A stretch of 64,000 nucleotides of DNA from positions 1 to 64,000 of the forward strand of contig JALAGF010003172.1 in NCBI GenBank assembly GCA_030167865.1, in the 5' to 3' direction. Numbering within the stretch: the first letter of the stretch is position 1; every line of letters starts with the position of its first letter. The notes under the pieces are model-generated. The model had not been told where the DNA came from and ran no database searches. It was given only the letters and a program-made list of their open reading frames with translations. The stretch comes from Craspedostauros australis (Eukaryota). Position numbers and translations under genes: made by a program. Shown here piece after piece: positions 12,778-23,611 of this stretch.

Positions 12778-13782
12778 ATGATGGCGATTGCAACAAATAT
12801 ATTCGCCACGATCGTGCTGCTTCCGTTCGCGGCAGGTTTCGTGCCGTTCAGCGGTGGCGGACGAGTGCAGAACACAGCATGCGGGATGTTCACCGGAATC
12901 GTGGAGGAGATGGGAAGCGTGGTTTCGTTGGAGGAACGTGATGACATGATGCTTTGGGATGGCACCAAGGGGAAGGGCACCGAGCTCACGGTCAAGGGCG
13001 AAGTCGTCATGGATGGCGCATACTTGGGGTACGTGTGATGTGTGGTGTTGGATTACATCACAAGGAACGGGTTATTCTGTTGCCGTACAATGCACCGTTT
13101 GAACTGTTCATCTCTTTGTGTGTCCGTGTGCCAATCTATTTCTGACACCCTGTTTCATCTTTCATCACGCCTTCAATCCATTTCGTTGCATTCCATTCCA
13201 TGCCTTCTCTTACTGTCGGAACCAAACAGATGCAGCATCTGCGTCAACGGCGTTTGCTTGACGGCGACCGAATTGGATTTTGACAACAACGTCTTCCGCG
13301 TCGGTCTGGCACCCGAAACGTTGCGACGCACCTACTTCACGGATCTGCAGGCAGGCGAGCCCCTCAACTTGGAACGTGCCTCGGAAATTGGCGGTCGCAA
13401 TTCGGGACATTTCGTGCAAGGTCACGTCGACGGCGTCGGCACCGTGATTGATCGGTGGCAGGATGAAGATTCCCTGTTTTACAAAGTGCAGGTCGATGCG
13501 AATATTTTGAAGTACATCGTGCCGAAGGGCTTCATCGCCATCGATGGAACGAGCTTGACGGTGGTCGAGGTCAACGCGCAGGAGAAGTGGTTCACATTCA
13601 TGTTGGTCGATTACACGCAGAAGAAGATTATCATTCCGAGCAAGATGGTGGATGGCAAGCTGAACATCGAGGTCGATGTGCTCGGCAAGTATTCCGAGAA
13701 TGCACTGGCGGCCCTTATTCCAAGATTGGAAGCGCTGGAGGCAAAGGTCGAATCGTTGGAGAAGGAGTTGGCGCAGAAATGA
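12778..13782 (+). CDS. Riboflavin synthase (alpha chain), plastid-targeted, 2 exons: 12778-13028, 13230-13782 (~267 aa)
   Basis: Hallmark 'MFTGIVEEMG' follows a signal peptide ending AAG|FVP (ASAFAP-like). Motifs 'GCSICVNGVCLT', 'NLERA..GHFVQGHVDG', 'KGFIAIDGTSLTV', 'NIEVDVLGKY'. Phase-2 GT..AG intron 13029-13229. Confidence 0.95.
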
Positions 13783-13945
13783 ATGATGAGGCAGTGGTGA
13801 TGACCGTCGCGTTTCGCAATGGACAGAAGGAGGACGGTGCCTCTTCGTGTGAAGTATTCAGTTGAACGACATTGGCGTCAATGCCCCGTTCTTGCCACAT
13901 ACACGAACAAAATCGTAGCAACAGGAGAGTACTCTATATTGGCAT

Positions 13946-16900
13946 TTATTCTGCAGATGATCTTGTATGGCCACCGGCAAACGCGTTGAGCTCATCACTA
14001 TCGACAAACGACAAGGACACCTCCGCATTCGGCAGGGCAACGCGCTGACTGGCATTCAAGATGGCATTGCGTTCCTGCAACCAATCCTTCAGTTTGGGTT
14101 GCTCAAATGAGACGTTGTTCTTGATCTGGATGACGAAGGCAAAATCTCCACCAGCACCACCGCCGCCTGCCGCATTCGTCCTGCTCCGGTACATCTTGGA
14201 AGATGGTCGAATCGAATCCGTCTGGTTGAAGAAGGACTCCGTCGCCAACACTGTTTGCAACAAGTGCAACGATCCCCAATGCTTCACTTGTGCTGGAAGG
14301 AGCCTTTCCTCGTTGTGTCGTTGGTTGATTTGCAACACGAGGCAATGGGTGCTGCCACTGCTGCTGCTGTTGCCTTCTTCGATCTCAGCATTGAACGGCA
14401 ACAGCGTGTGGACCAACGCATCAATGGAAACAGTTCCATCATCACCGACTGCGTTTTGTGTCATGCTGGCAGCCCTTGTGATTTCATCGATGATGCTCTG
14501 CGTCGTCGACGGCGTGGAACTACGAGCACAGTTGCCACCGCTCACTGGTGCGACCACCGCCATAGTCTTGCGTTTCGTAGCGACTTGTTTTGCTGCATCC
14601 ATGCTGTTGATGCTTTCCGCAGTGTACATCTCTTTGGGTAGCATGACCAGCAACGGACTGGAATGGCGCATGTGGTTGGCTGCTTTGAAGAAGTGGACCA
14701 CGATAGTGTTGATGGCATCTCTCTGCTGCTTCTGCTGGTACGTTTGCGTTTGCGTGTCCTGCGCGGGCTGATTGGTAGGAAGGACGAGCGATCCATTGGC
14801 AAGATCATGGAACAGGATAGAAGCAAGCCAGATGGTCCATCCATATCCACCCAGGTACCCCACGCCAGTTCCGTAGATCTGTCGACGCGATGCCCAAAGT
14901 TTGATGATCCTGAGTGCTCCGGAGAATGTATCGACCATGTTCGTGTGATTTTCATGAACCTGTGTTGCGATCTGGCGCAGCCTTTCCACGATGATATCGA
15001 CGTCGTGGACTGATGCAAGAGCTGCTGCACTGGCACTGTCCAATGGTTGGCCATCCCCGTCTTCGAAGCAGATTTGGATGTCGACAGCTGGCGTTGCAGG
15101 CATAAGCCTCACTGTCAGCACAGACAAGACGCGGCCTGAAGCGTTGGATGTTCTCAGTCGGCATCTGCTCTGTCCATGCAATGACTTGATACGGACTTGC
15201 AGGGCGTTGAAGAATTCATCCGCGTTGCTTTCCATCAGGTTCACATCGTCACCACGAGCCTTGGACCGCAGGACTACAACCATGTCAACGTCGGAGATGC
15301 CCGGCAAGGTCGAGCGCGTGGCATGAGAGCCGAATGGACGCATCTGCACCTCGACTGCATCTCCAAACTGTTTCGCGGCAACTGTGTGGCAGGCTCGCTC
15401 GATTTCGTGCAACGTTCCGCACGCAGTACCATCGAAGAAGCTCTTGCGGCTGGACCCGCTGTCATTAATGAAGGACTTCGTTGCATTGACCGGGATTTTC
15501 GCTTTGTCTTGTCCCGCGAGCGGAATCGATCCGCAGCAGTAGAAGCTCTTGTCGAGACTGCTGCGTCGGAAGATCCCCACGGAGTGGCAATCCAGACATG
15601 CAGCATCTTCTTGCATATTGGATTGGGCATTGGTGCGCTGCTTCGGTTGGTTCTCAAAATGAAAGCGAATGCGTTGCAGCTGTTGTCTGGCAGCGTCGAC
15701 GGTTGCATACTTGCCCAGCGAGATATGAGGTGTCCATCCATCCTTGAAACGGCTTTCCTGATCGTGGCAGTTGGGGAATGCAACTCGCAGTACGGCGTAC
15801 AGATCTTGCAACCATCTGGTGCGAGGATCCGACATGTTGGGAGTGTACACAAGCGATGATGACTGCGCATGCTCAAAGACACGGAAGGAAGCTGCATCAA
15901 TCGGCAGATGGAACCCGTCCGGTTGCTGTGCGAACGTACTTTGAATCGCCATCTTGACACCGCGCGTGGCCATGTCCATCGCGTTGGCATTGGAGAGTTC
16001 AACGAATCCGTACATGAGGGTGATGTGCGGGATTGGGAGGGAAGATGCGCGATCGTACATATCCAGGCCATAGAACTGCTTCTGATTGAGCTGGATGGCA
16101 AGGATCGAATCGGTGCTTGTTGGAACCGTTGCAGCCCATGCATTGCAGTCGATGGCCGACGATGATGCTTCCATTCGTGAATGTGCCGTTTGCGAAAGAC
16201 CACGCTGCTCGAATCGAACGCACACGCCGTAGTGATCTGATGGTGGCAACGGGTCGGAATGATGTCTGCCCAACAACGACGCCTCCATTGGTTGGATTGG
16301 GAGTCTATTCGGCATCGTGACATCTTTGACGACGAAGATTCTGTCGATTCGTCGTGGAGGATTCTCGGCATGGCCGTACTGCCTCGTCTTGTTGGCTCGG
16401 GCATTGGTCTTCCAGTCGAAGGTGCAATGGTGCTCGCCCTTGCTCTTCGATGACACCCAAGCATCGTCAAAGTACCTGGCCGAGGCATACGGGATGGCAT
16501 CCGCACCGTCATTGAAGTCTCCCATGATGAAGGTGACGGGACGTATCTGCGTTGCCTCTTGCTCCCTCTGAATCAGCTGCAGCTTAGCAACAAAGGCTGC
16601 AAGTTCTCGTCGCCGCGCTTGTGACCTCGTGCTGGTGGTCTGCGTATCATGATCAAACTTGTCAGCAGGCAGATGAACATTAGCGACGTTGTACACGCGT
16701 GTGCCGTGCAGCAATGTCACGATCATGCCTCTGTCACGGTCGCCTTCCACACAAACAAAGCTATCGTCGGCTTCGAATTTGGTCTTGTTCCACAACATCA
16801 CGTTGCCGTACGCTCTGGTGCTTTGCCAACGCGAGTGCACATCAGACAGGGCGTACGTCCTTCGAACCCACGGTTGTCGTTCCAACAGCTTGAGAAATCG

Positions 16901-17821
16901 TGGCGTCACTTCTTGAAGTGCGATAATGTCCGCATTTGAACGCTCCAGATCGTCCATCAACCGCTGCCATCGATCGCATGTGGAGTCGGAATCAGACAAG
17001 AGGCTGTCGTCGCCCTGTGCCAGCTTGTCGTTCGCATCGCGATGGAGATCGAACAGCACGTTCCACGTGACGAGCTTCAAGTCATCGTCATCGCTTTGCA
17101 GTTTGGTAGCATTCGCATGTGCTTGTATGCAGTGCTGCTGCTGGTTGTTCTCAGTCTGTGTGGATGCGGGTGTCACTTTTGGATTGAATGCGTAGGAGCC
17201 TGGCAGATTCTTCCAACAATGCCTCTGTGGAAAATGCGACTTCGTTGAGTTGTTGGATGATCCTGAAGTTTGAATTGTTCCTCCAGATGTTGCCAACTGC
17301 GACGATGGCGCGGTGTGGCCATTCTTCATTGCATTCGCTTTCGCAGCCGCCGTTTGCCTGGCCGCCTTGCGTGCTCGTTGCTTCCTCTTCTCCTCCATCC
17401 TTTCCTTGCGTTCTTCGGCAAGTCGTCGCATGGTCTGCATCGCCATACGGATGTTGTGTACCGTCTGCGGCGCCGGCAGGATGCTATTGCCGTGGCCGGA
17501 GCCAAACAACCGATCCACGCGTGCGGCTCTATCCCACATGACGCTGCGCGAAAGTTCCGCATCGTCAGGCGCCGGCTTCACGGTCTTGCGGAAGTACTGG
17601 ATCCGGTGCTCGGGAATGTCGCCACCTTCATTGATGTTGGTGTAGTCTTCGACGCACTTCTCCATCGGTCCGTTGATCCTGCAGTCGTATCCCATGAGCA
17701 CGTTGGACGGCGACGCTTCTTCGATGCCGGACCATTTCAAGCGATTGATGACTTCGGCGGCCGTTCTCAGCTTTCGTTTTGGCGATGTCTCGCAGTGATG
17801 CTGCTTCTTGTTTTGCAGCAT
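13946..17821 (-). CDS. Multidomain RNA end-processing protein: MJ1316 + EEP phosphoesterase + 2H phosphoesterase + poly(A) polymerase-like nucleotidyltransferase (1291 aa, intronless)
   Basis: MJ1316: 'LRTAAEVINRLKW..MGYDCR..GDIPEHRIQYFR..WDRAARVD'. EEP: 'TWNVLFD', 'ALQEV', 'NVHL', 'MGDFN', 'RIDRIF', 'SDHYGV'. 2H: 'PHITL' and 'PHISL'. Pol-beta NTase: 'PFGS..SDVDMVV', 'VDIQ'. PAP central domain: 'LRIIKLWASRRQIYGTGVGYLGGYGW'. Confidence 0.85.
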   Translation of the reverse strand: MLQNKKQHHCETSPKRKLRTAAEVINRLKWSGIEEASPSNVLMGYDCRINGPMEKCVEDYTNINEGGDIPEHRIQYFRKTVKPAPDDAELSRSVMWDRAARVDRLFGSGHGNSILPAPQTVHNIRMAMQTMRRLAEERKERMEEKRKQRARKAARQTAAAKANAMKNGHTAPSSQLATSGGTIQTSGSSNNSTKSHFPQRHCWKNLPGSYAFNPKVTPASTQTENNQQQHCIQAHANATKLQSDDDDLKLVTWNVLFDLHRDANDKLAQGDDSLLSDSDSTCDRWQRLMDDLERSNADIIALQEVTPRFLKLLERQPWVRRTYALSDVHSRWQSTRAYGNVMLWNKTKFEADDSFVCVEGDRDRGMIVTLLHGTRVYNVANVHLPADKFDHDTQTTSTRSQARRRELAAFVAKLQLIQREQEATQIRPVTFIMGDFNDGADAIPYASARYFDDAWVSSKSKGEHHCTFDWKTNARANKTRQYGHAENPPRRIDRIFVVKDVTMPNRLPIQPMEASLLGRHHSDPLPPSDHYGVCVRFEQRGLSQTAHSRMEASSSAIDCNAWAATVPTSTDSILAIQLNQKQFYGLDMYDRASSLPIPHITLMYGFVELSNANAMDMATRGVKMAIQSTFAQQPDGFHLPIDAASFRVFEHAQSSSLVYTPNMSDPRTRWLQDLYAVLRVAFPNCHDQESRFKDGWTPHISLGKYATVDAARQQLQRIRFHFENQPKQRTNAQSNMQEDAACLDCHSVGIFRRSSLDKSFYCCGSIPLAGQDKAKIPVNATKSFINDSGSSRKSFFDGTACGTLHEIERACHTVAAKQFGDAVEVQMRPFGSHATRSTLPGISDVDMVVVLRSKARGDDVNLMESNADEFFNALQVRIKSLHGQSRCRLRTSNASGRVLSVLTVRLMPATPAVDIQICFEDGDGQPLDSASAAALASVHDVDIIVERLRQIATQVHENHTNMVDTFSGALRIIKLWASRRQIYGTGVGYLGGYGWTIWLASILFHDLANGSLVLPTNQPAQDTQTQTYQQKQQRDAINTIVVHFFKAANHMRHSSPLLVMLPKEMYTAESINSMDAAKQVATKRKTMAVVAPVSGGNCARSSTPSTTQSIIDEITRAASMTQNAVGDDGTVSIDALVHTLLPFNAEIEEGNSSSSGSTHCLVLQINQRHNEERLLPAQVKHWGSLHLLQTVLATESFFNQTDSIRPSSKMYRSRTNAAGGGGAGGDFAFVIQIKNNVSFEQPKLKDWLQERNAILNASQRVALPNAEVSLSFVDSDELNAFAGGHTRSSAE

Positions 17822-18776
17822 GTTGTGTGCGCTTCAAGTGCGTGTATCTCTGTCTTTGTCTCTCTCTATCACTCTTTCTTGAGTTTATGAGATCTCCTGC
17901 ATCTCGTCAACATGCGTTGCACTGCGCCGCCCCGAAGTGTGTGCGTTGTGTTGTTTGCATTCTCACAGAGTGTGGTCTGGTTCGCGATCTGCCCTTTCGA
18001 TTTGTCCACGTTTGGAAGCCATAGTGCACGTCTGATACCACGACTGAAAGAATCACGAATAATATTCGTGACTTGAGTCATTGCACAAAACCATGATTGA
18101 TGTGTCCACGCTTCACACAGTTGGCACAACGTCGACATGAGACAACACGGCGCAGCACCCCTCTCAAGGTCTGGAGCTGCGCCTTGTGGGTCTTCCGAAG
18201 TGCACACACACAACAATGATCAGCATCATTGTCATCGTTGTCGGTGTGGCAGTTGTTGGACATGCAAGTCTCGAATTGTTCTTCTTCCTTTTGCGGATTG
18301 ATTGGCTCAACGGTCGGCAACCTGGCTGCGCGCACCGTGACATGTCACGCCAAAAATCATTCACGCAAATCATGTGACCGAGTCTTGTGAATAGCTCGTA
18401 CAGTAGCAGTACCATGATGGCATCACATCATGTCACAAGGTCTCATCGTGGGACATGATCAAAGAAAAAGAGAGTGTTGGTGGGAATCCATGTGTGCGTT
18501 TGTATGGGAGGCAGGAGGTGGAGAGACAGAGAGTCCTCGACAAAATGGAAAAATGGATTGGATGGCCAAAGCATGGAAGGACACGGAGAATGCGGAAGAG
18601 GCCTCGCTATGGCGTCCACGCTCCGAGTGCTTCGATGGTGGAATTGTCCACACCGCCTCACAATGAAGGCTGGCAAAGGATCGGGCAAACGAGTGTTGAT
18701 GGACATTGTGCGATACCACTCTTCGATTGAAATACTCCACTCCCTTGCACATACACTCTCAAACAAACAACTCACG

Positions 18777-19850
18777 ATGAATAACTCATCATCACAGCAG
18801 CGGCACCAGCTGGAGCATCGGCATCGGCATCTGCGACACAAGCCTTTGCGAACGTCTCGCAGGCGCTATTCATCCAACTTGGCGGCTGCGTTGCTTGGAT
18901 GCGTATGTATCGCATTGGCGCAAAGCACCCCATCCCACGCGTTCAAGGAATGCCTCAAGGAAGACCGTCGGCGCAAGTGGCAAGAGCCATGCGAGAAGGT
19001 GGACATTCATGAATCTTTCCATCACCTCGCCGACCCGATGAAACAGCTCAGGGAGAGCAGCCAACTCACTTGCAGCAACGCAGCCGCCGCAGAGAGCTCC
19101 AACAGCAACAGCGACGACAATGGCACTTGTGATAGCCAGAACAATCGCAACACGATTGGCAACAGCGACATTGTCAGCTCCGAATACAACGAACGCAAGG
19201 ACGCATGCTCGTACGTGACGGCAGCTATTTTCGCTGAGAATCCCATGTACGACGCCGTCCTTCTGCACCAAGGCATGTGCGATGGCGGAATCGCCGAAGG
19301 CACGTTCGGTCCTCACGATGCGTTGAGGCTGCTGCCCAACAATCAAGAGCTCATGTCGCTCATGATCTACGGACGTGATCTGGCAAAGGCCATCGCCACT
19401 GCTATCCACCACGCGTATCATCACAACGCGAGGGGATCCTTTCCCACAACGGCGGGGATGCGCTACAAATATCAGCTCGTGGGTGAGGACATCCATGTGT
19501 CGGACGTCCAATTTCTGTCAGCATCGTGCGGTTGGCAGGATATTCAATTCGACCAGGTCTACACCGTGCTGACGAATCGGCATCTTCTCGATCATCACGA
19601 AGGCTACAGAGCTCTGCAAGCCGCGGTCATCAAGCAGGTGACTGGTAACAGCGAGGCGCACACCTTCTGGTCGCACACCCAGTCATTGTGCCGACTCGAA
19701 ACGAAGGAAGCTAAAGCGGCACGACGCCTTCGGGAAGCAGAGGCAGAAGCCTTGGCGAGTTACGGAGAATCCAAGATGGTGCATCACGTTGGATGCGTGA
19801 ACTCTCAGCATACGGCAAGGAGTAGACCTGTATTCTCCGCCGGAATGTGA
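18777..19850 (+). CDS. Protein with signal/anchor segment and only the 5'-nucleotidase C-terminal domain (~357 aa; start uncertain, ORF open from 18474)
   Basis: 'DAVLLHQGMCDGGIAEGTFGPHDALRLLPNNQELMSLMIYGRDL..GSFPTTAGMRY..VYTVLTNRHLLDHHEGY' resembles 5_nucleotid_C. Hydrophobic segment 'LAAALLGCVCIALA'. No metallophosphoesterase motifs seen. Confidence 0.65.
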   Translation: MNNSSSQQRHQLEHRHRHLRHKPLRTSRRRYSSNLAAALLGCVCIALAQSTPSHAFKECLKEDRRRKWQEPCEKVDIHESFHHLADPMKQLRESSQLTCSNAAAAESSNSNSDDNGTCDSQNNRNTIGNSDIVSSEYNERKDACSYVTAAIFAENPMYDAVLLHQGMCDGGIAEGTFGPHDALRLLPNNQELMSLMIYGRDLAKAIATAIHHAYHHNARGSFPTTAGMRYKYQLVGEDIHVSDVQFLSASCGWQDIQFDQVYTVLTNRHLLDHHEGYRALQAAVIKQVTGNSEAHTFWSHTQSLCRLETKEAKAARRLREAEAEALASYGESKMVHHVGCVNSQHTARSRPVFSAGM

Positions 19851-20906
19851 TCCAATCCCAATGCAAGCGTCCACGGCATGGTACGACGGAGAACCACATC
19901 AAAACAGACTTTGTTAAGCAATGGTAATGCGATCACAAATACATTTAGAGCAGTACTATTCACAAACATCTCAAACAATCAAAGAGATAGATAGAGAGCC
20001 TACTGACTTCAAGTATCATATTTGGAGGGGGGAACGGGAACACAAGTACTCTCCTGGGACGACTTGAGCGTCGCGAATACAGTCAACAACGATTCATGTA
20101 TTCCATCTGTCTGACCACTCGTGGAGTACTGTCCAGCCTCCCAACACCGTGAATTGTGTGTCTGCTTCAGCACCAATTCTTCGTGTCATCTCCATATCTT
20201 CCTCATTCCTTGACGACGACTCGCATCCGAATGGATGGGATCGTCGAGGATGCCAGGATCAATTCAAGTCCATGGGCCAGAATCTCCTTTGCAGCGCAGT
20301 CGCGAGAATGGTGTAGGTACGCACTCTTTCACTCATACTGTGCCATACGCCACTTGTCATATCGCACATATTGTATCGTAGAGTATTATTCTGCAGATAG
20401 ATCCATCTTTCCCCGTTGTCTCTCTCTCCCGCAAGATATAATAGAATACCTGGCAACATTGTACGAACTGATTCCGTGGCGAGAGAGATGGGAAACATGC
20501 CGATCATCAGCCATTTTGCACGACTTGGAATTTGAGTTTTGATGTGCTGAGTCAGTGCGCGGATGCAGGTCCGACGGATCATCGACGAACATCCAGGAGT
20601 GCTCTCTGGTTCCTACCCAGGTTCTTTTTGATGGCTGACGTGCACGCAAGAAAGGAGGAAAAGGTAGTTGGGAACGGGCATCGTCATCCCTCCAACACGC
20701 CACGGACAGATCTTAGGTATCTGCCATCATCCTCGCCCTCACCCTTGCCCCGCCCCCACTCTCGCCATCGTGATTCTCAACATCCCTCTTCAGCGATCCT
20801 CTCTCTCGTAGGGCTATACCAGGAATCCAAGTAGAACTCTCGTCTGCTCCATCTCCATTTCCATCTCCACTGGTGCGCACACACACGCACGACAACAGAA
20901 ACAAAA

Positions 20907-21896
20907 ATGATCAGACTGCTCCCCTCCGCTCTCCGCTCAGCCTCACAATCCGCAAAGCAGGTCTTTCGAGCATCCCGCACACGCATCACCCCAAGCATCA
21001 AACCAACAGGAGCCCTCCACTCCATCACCTTCCTCCTCGCAACCTTCAGCACCATGAGCACCTCCGACGCCTCCTCCTCGTACAACTCCGCTCCAGTCAA
21101 GAGCCTCGTCACACCAGGCAACTGCCAGTTCGGAGATGAATTCGTCTCCGTCTCTCTGGTCGACCGTCACACCGTCTCCAGCACATCCACCGTCTTCCGA
21201 TTCGGTGTGCCGGACACCACCAAGCCGCTCAACCTCAGCACGTGCGCCTGCATCCTGGCCAAGTACGACGACGATAAGGGCGAGGCCGTCGTGCGTCCAT
21301 ACACTCCAATCTCCACCAACGACCTCATCGGTAGCTTCGATCTCCTCGTCAAGAACTACGGACCAGAGGCCAACATGTCCAACTACATGCACCAGATGAA
21401 GGTCGGCGACCAGCTCGCCTTCAAGCACATCGCCTTCAACGTCAAGATCCAGGCACCGTTCGAATACAAGAACATCGTCATGATCGCCGGCGGCACGGGC
21501 ATCACGCCCATCATCCAGGCCTTGCACGCCATCTTGGGCGACAAGGACTCCAAGATCAACGTCACCCTCCTCTACGGTTCACGCGTCAAGGAGGATATTC
21601 TGGCGCAGGAGATGCTGGATCGTTGGGCATCCGAATATCCCGACCAATTCAAGCTGATCCACGTGCTGTCGCACGAACCGGCCGACTCCGGATGGAAGGG
21701 CGGACGCGGATACATCAACAAGGCCATGATGGAGGAGCATGCCGCACCAGCCAGCACCGGCGAGGATACCATCATCTTCGTGTGCGGTCCACCGCCCATG
21801 TACAACGCCCTGTGCGGGCCACGCACGGAGCAGGATAAGGTGTCCGGATTGTTGGCCGACATGGGATACACGGCCGAGCAGGTGTACAAGTTTTAA
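20907..21896 (+). CDS. NADH-cytochrome b5 reductase with organellar (probably mitochondrial) presequence (329 aa)
   Basis: FAD motif 'RPYTPIS', 'LLVKNY', NADH motif 'MIAGGTGITP', 'FVCGPPPM', C-terminal 'VYKF'. Confidence 0.93.
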   Translation: MIRLLPSALRSASQSAKQVFRASRTRITPSIKPTGALHSITFLLATFSTMSTSDASSSYNSAPVKSLVTPGNCQFGDEFVSVSLVDRHTVSSTSTVFRFGVPDTTKPLNLSTCACILAKYDDDKGEAVVRPYTPISTNDLIGSFDLLVKNYGPEANMSNYMHQMKVGDQLAFKHIAFNVKIQAPFEYKNIVMIAGGTGITPIIQALHAILGDKDSKINVTLLYGSRVKEDILAQEMLDRWASEYPDQFKLIHVLSHEPADSGWKGGRGYINKAMMEEHAAPASTGEDTIIFVCGPPPMYNALCGPRTEQDKVSGLLADMGYTAEQVYKF

Positions 21897-22584
21897 ATAC
21901 TAATACAATACAATCCAGTTTGATACGAAAGTACCCTGTTGTATGAAATCCAATCATACAAATGGAACTTGGTTGGGTGGTGTTGTCGTTTTGCACCTGG
22001 AGGAGTGAGTCGATCAATCAACGATTGCATCGTCACTAGTTACGCATCCTCGACAGGATCTCCGTCCACAACAGTTGCATTCCATTTGCTTGTTTGCGTC
22101 GTCGTTTGCCAAGGAGACATACGACGCGGTCACACGCTGTCTTTTGTGCTTGCATCACAAACCGAGCGTCATCATCGATGGGACAACAGGCATGCGGATG
22201 GCGCATGATGGAAAACCATTTCAATCTACCGTATCATTTGCTATCCTGTCTGTTTTTGATACGATTGATGAAGATCGAAGAGCGCACCGAAAGCCACGAT
22301 TACTTCTTGATTCAGAATCATCTTCCGGAAATGATGCTGGTCCCAAAAACAAATTGACAACTCTTGGATTCTGGTTGGATGGGATCGTGATTTGTGATGC
22401 CCACTGGTGCTGCCAGAATGATGATTTGCATCTTCGTATGAATGTGCTTGGCGGATACTATCACGATTGATGCCATTGCAATACTCTCATGCGATCGTCA
22501 CACTGCATCTGCCATCTTTCATCCATCACATCATGTTTGTCAATATGAACTGGCGCACATGTATGCACTCGTGCGCAAACCAAT

Positions 22585-23055
22585 CTAAATCTTGGTAAGG
22601 AATGCCAATGGACCCTCGGTGGGCAAGAAGTGGAAGGCGTCGTTCAACAGGAGCACGAATGGGAAGCCAAAGAGAAGGTAGGCCCACCACGACATCTGGA
22701 AGGGGTTGGTGTTGGCCGACATGGCTGGATCGGTCCACTGCACTTCCTCCATCTGCCCGCCGCGGGCCAAGTTCTTGTAGACGGCCTTGGCCTGTGGCTT
22801 CTCGTCGGTGGTGATCGCCACTGGTGCTGCAGTGATATCGCTGGAATCGGGCTTGGTCTCTTCGGTGACCTGCAACGCGGATGGCGCGGCCTTCGTCTTG
22901 TCGTCGTCGTCGGCATTGAACATGTTGAGCGCCGTCGTTACGACAGATGGGACGGTGGCGACACGCACTGTCTTCAGCGGCGAGCCTGGGGACACGGTGA
23001 AGGCGGCCGCTGATCCGAGGAGGGCGACGAGAAGGAGGATGGTGGTTCGCATCAT
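22585..23055 (-). CDS. Small plastid-targeted membrane protein of unknown function (156 aa)
   Basis: Bipartite presequence 'MMRTTILLLVALLGSAAA|FTVSP' and a single C-terminal TM helix 'WWAYLLFGFPFVLLLND'. Confidence 0.75.
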   Translation of the reverse strand: MMRTTILLLVALLGSAAAFTVSPGSPLKTVRVATVPSVVTTALNMFNADDDDKTKAAPSALQVTEETKPDSSDITAAPVAITTDEKPQAKAVYKNLARGGQMEEVQWTDPAMSANTNPFQMSWWAYLLFGFPFVLLLNDAFHFLPTEGPLAFLTKI

Positions 23056-23611
23056 GGTGGCAGTGAACGTGTGAAATGGATGAATGGATTGAAACGGACG
23101 GAGCGTGGAAACTTCGGTCTTGGGATTGCTGTCGCTTGCCGTCAACTTGTTTGTCTTGAGAATAGTGGAGTTTGTGAATTTGTGGGCACATCATGAAGAT
23201 GCATCAGAGAACAGATTGCAATCGTCGTGGACCTGTGTGTGTGTGCGCATCCGCATCATGCAGATCCTTCTTCGCCACTTGTTTGCGTTGTTGTTCTGCT
23301 TTTGTGATCAACAGGCAAGTTGAAGTTGTCATCACGAAATGACGATGAGATCTCCAATCCACGATTCAGAATCCATGTCAGTCACGGGTGCGTTGCTTCG
23401 CCAAAAAATGACTCTGGATCCAAAAGCGACATTTCCTCCACTTCCCAACAAGCACCAACATCAGCATCACCAGCATCACAACTCAGCTCGGCTCTTGGGC
23501 CATTCCCCCATACTCAACCACAACCAACATCCAAGGCATACTCGCGGGGGTCCTATTTGCATGTCACTCGCAATAGCCATTGCGCAACACAAATTGGAAC
23601 AAACGAGCACA

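Noticed and set aside
15274-16512. 412-aa alternative-frame ORF inside the RNA-repair gene, and 27550-28635 inside the cyclin
   Set aside because: Same-strand off-frame ORFs with Arg/Ser/Pro-rich composition typical of a shifted frame; no domain.
19900-20850. More AT-rich segment with ~105-128-aa ORFs
   Set aside because: No homology signal recognised; treated as intergenic.
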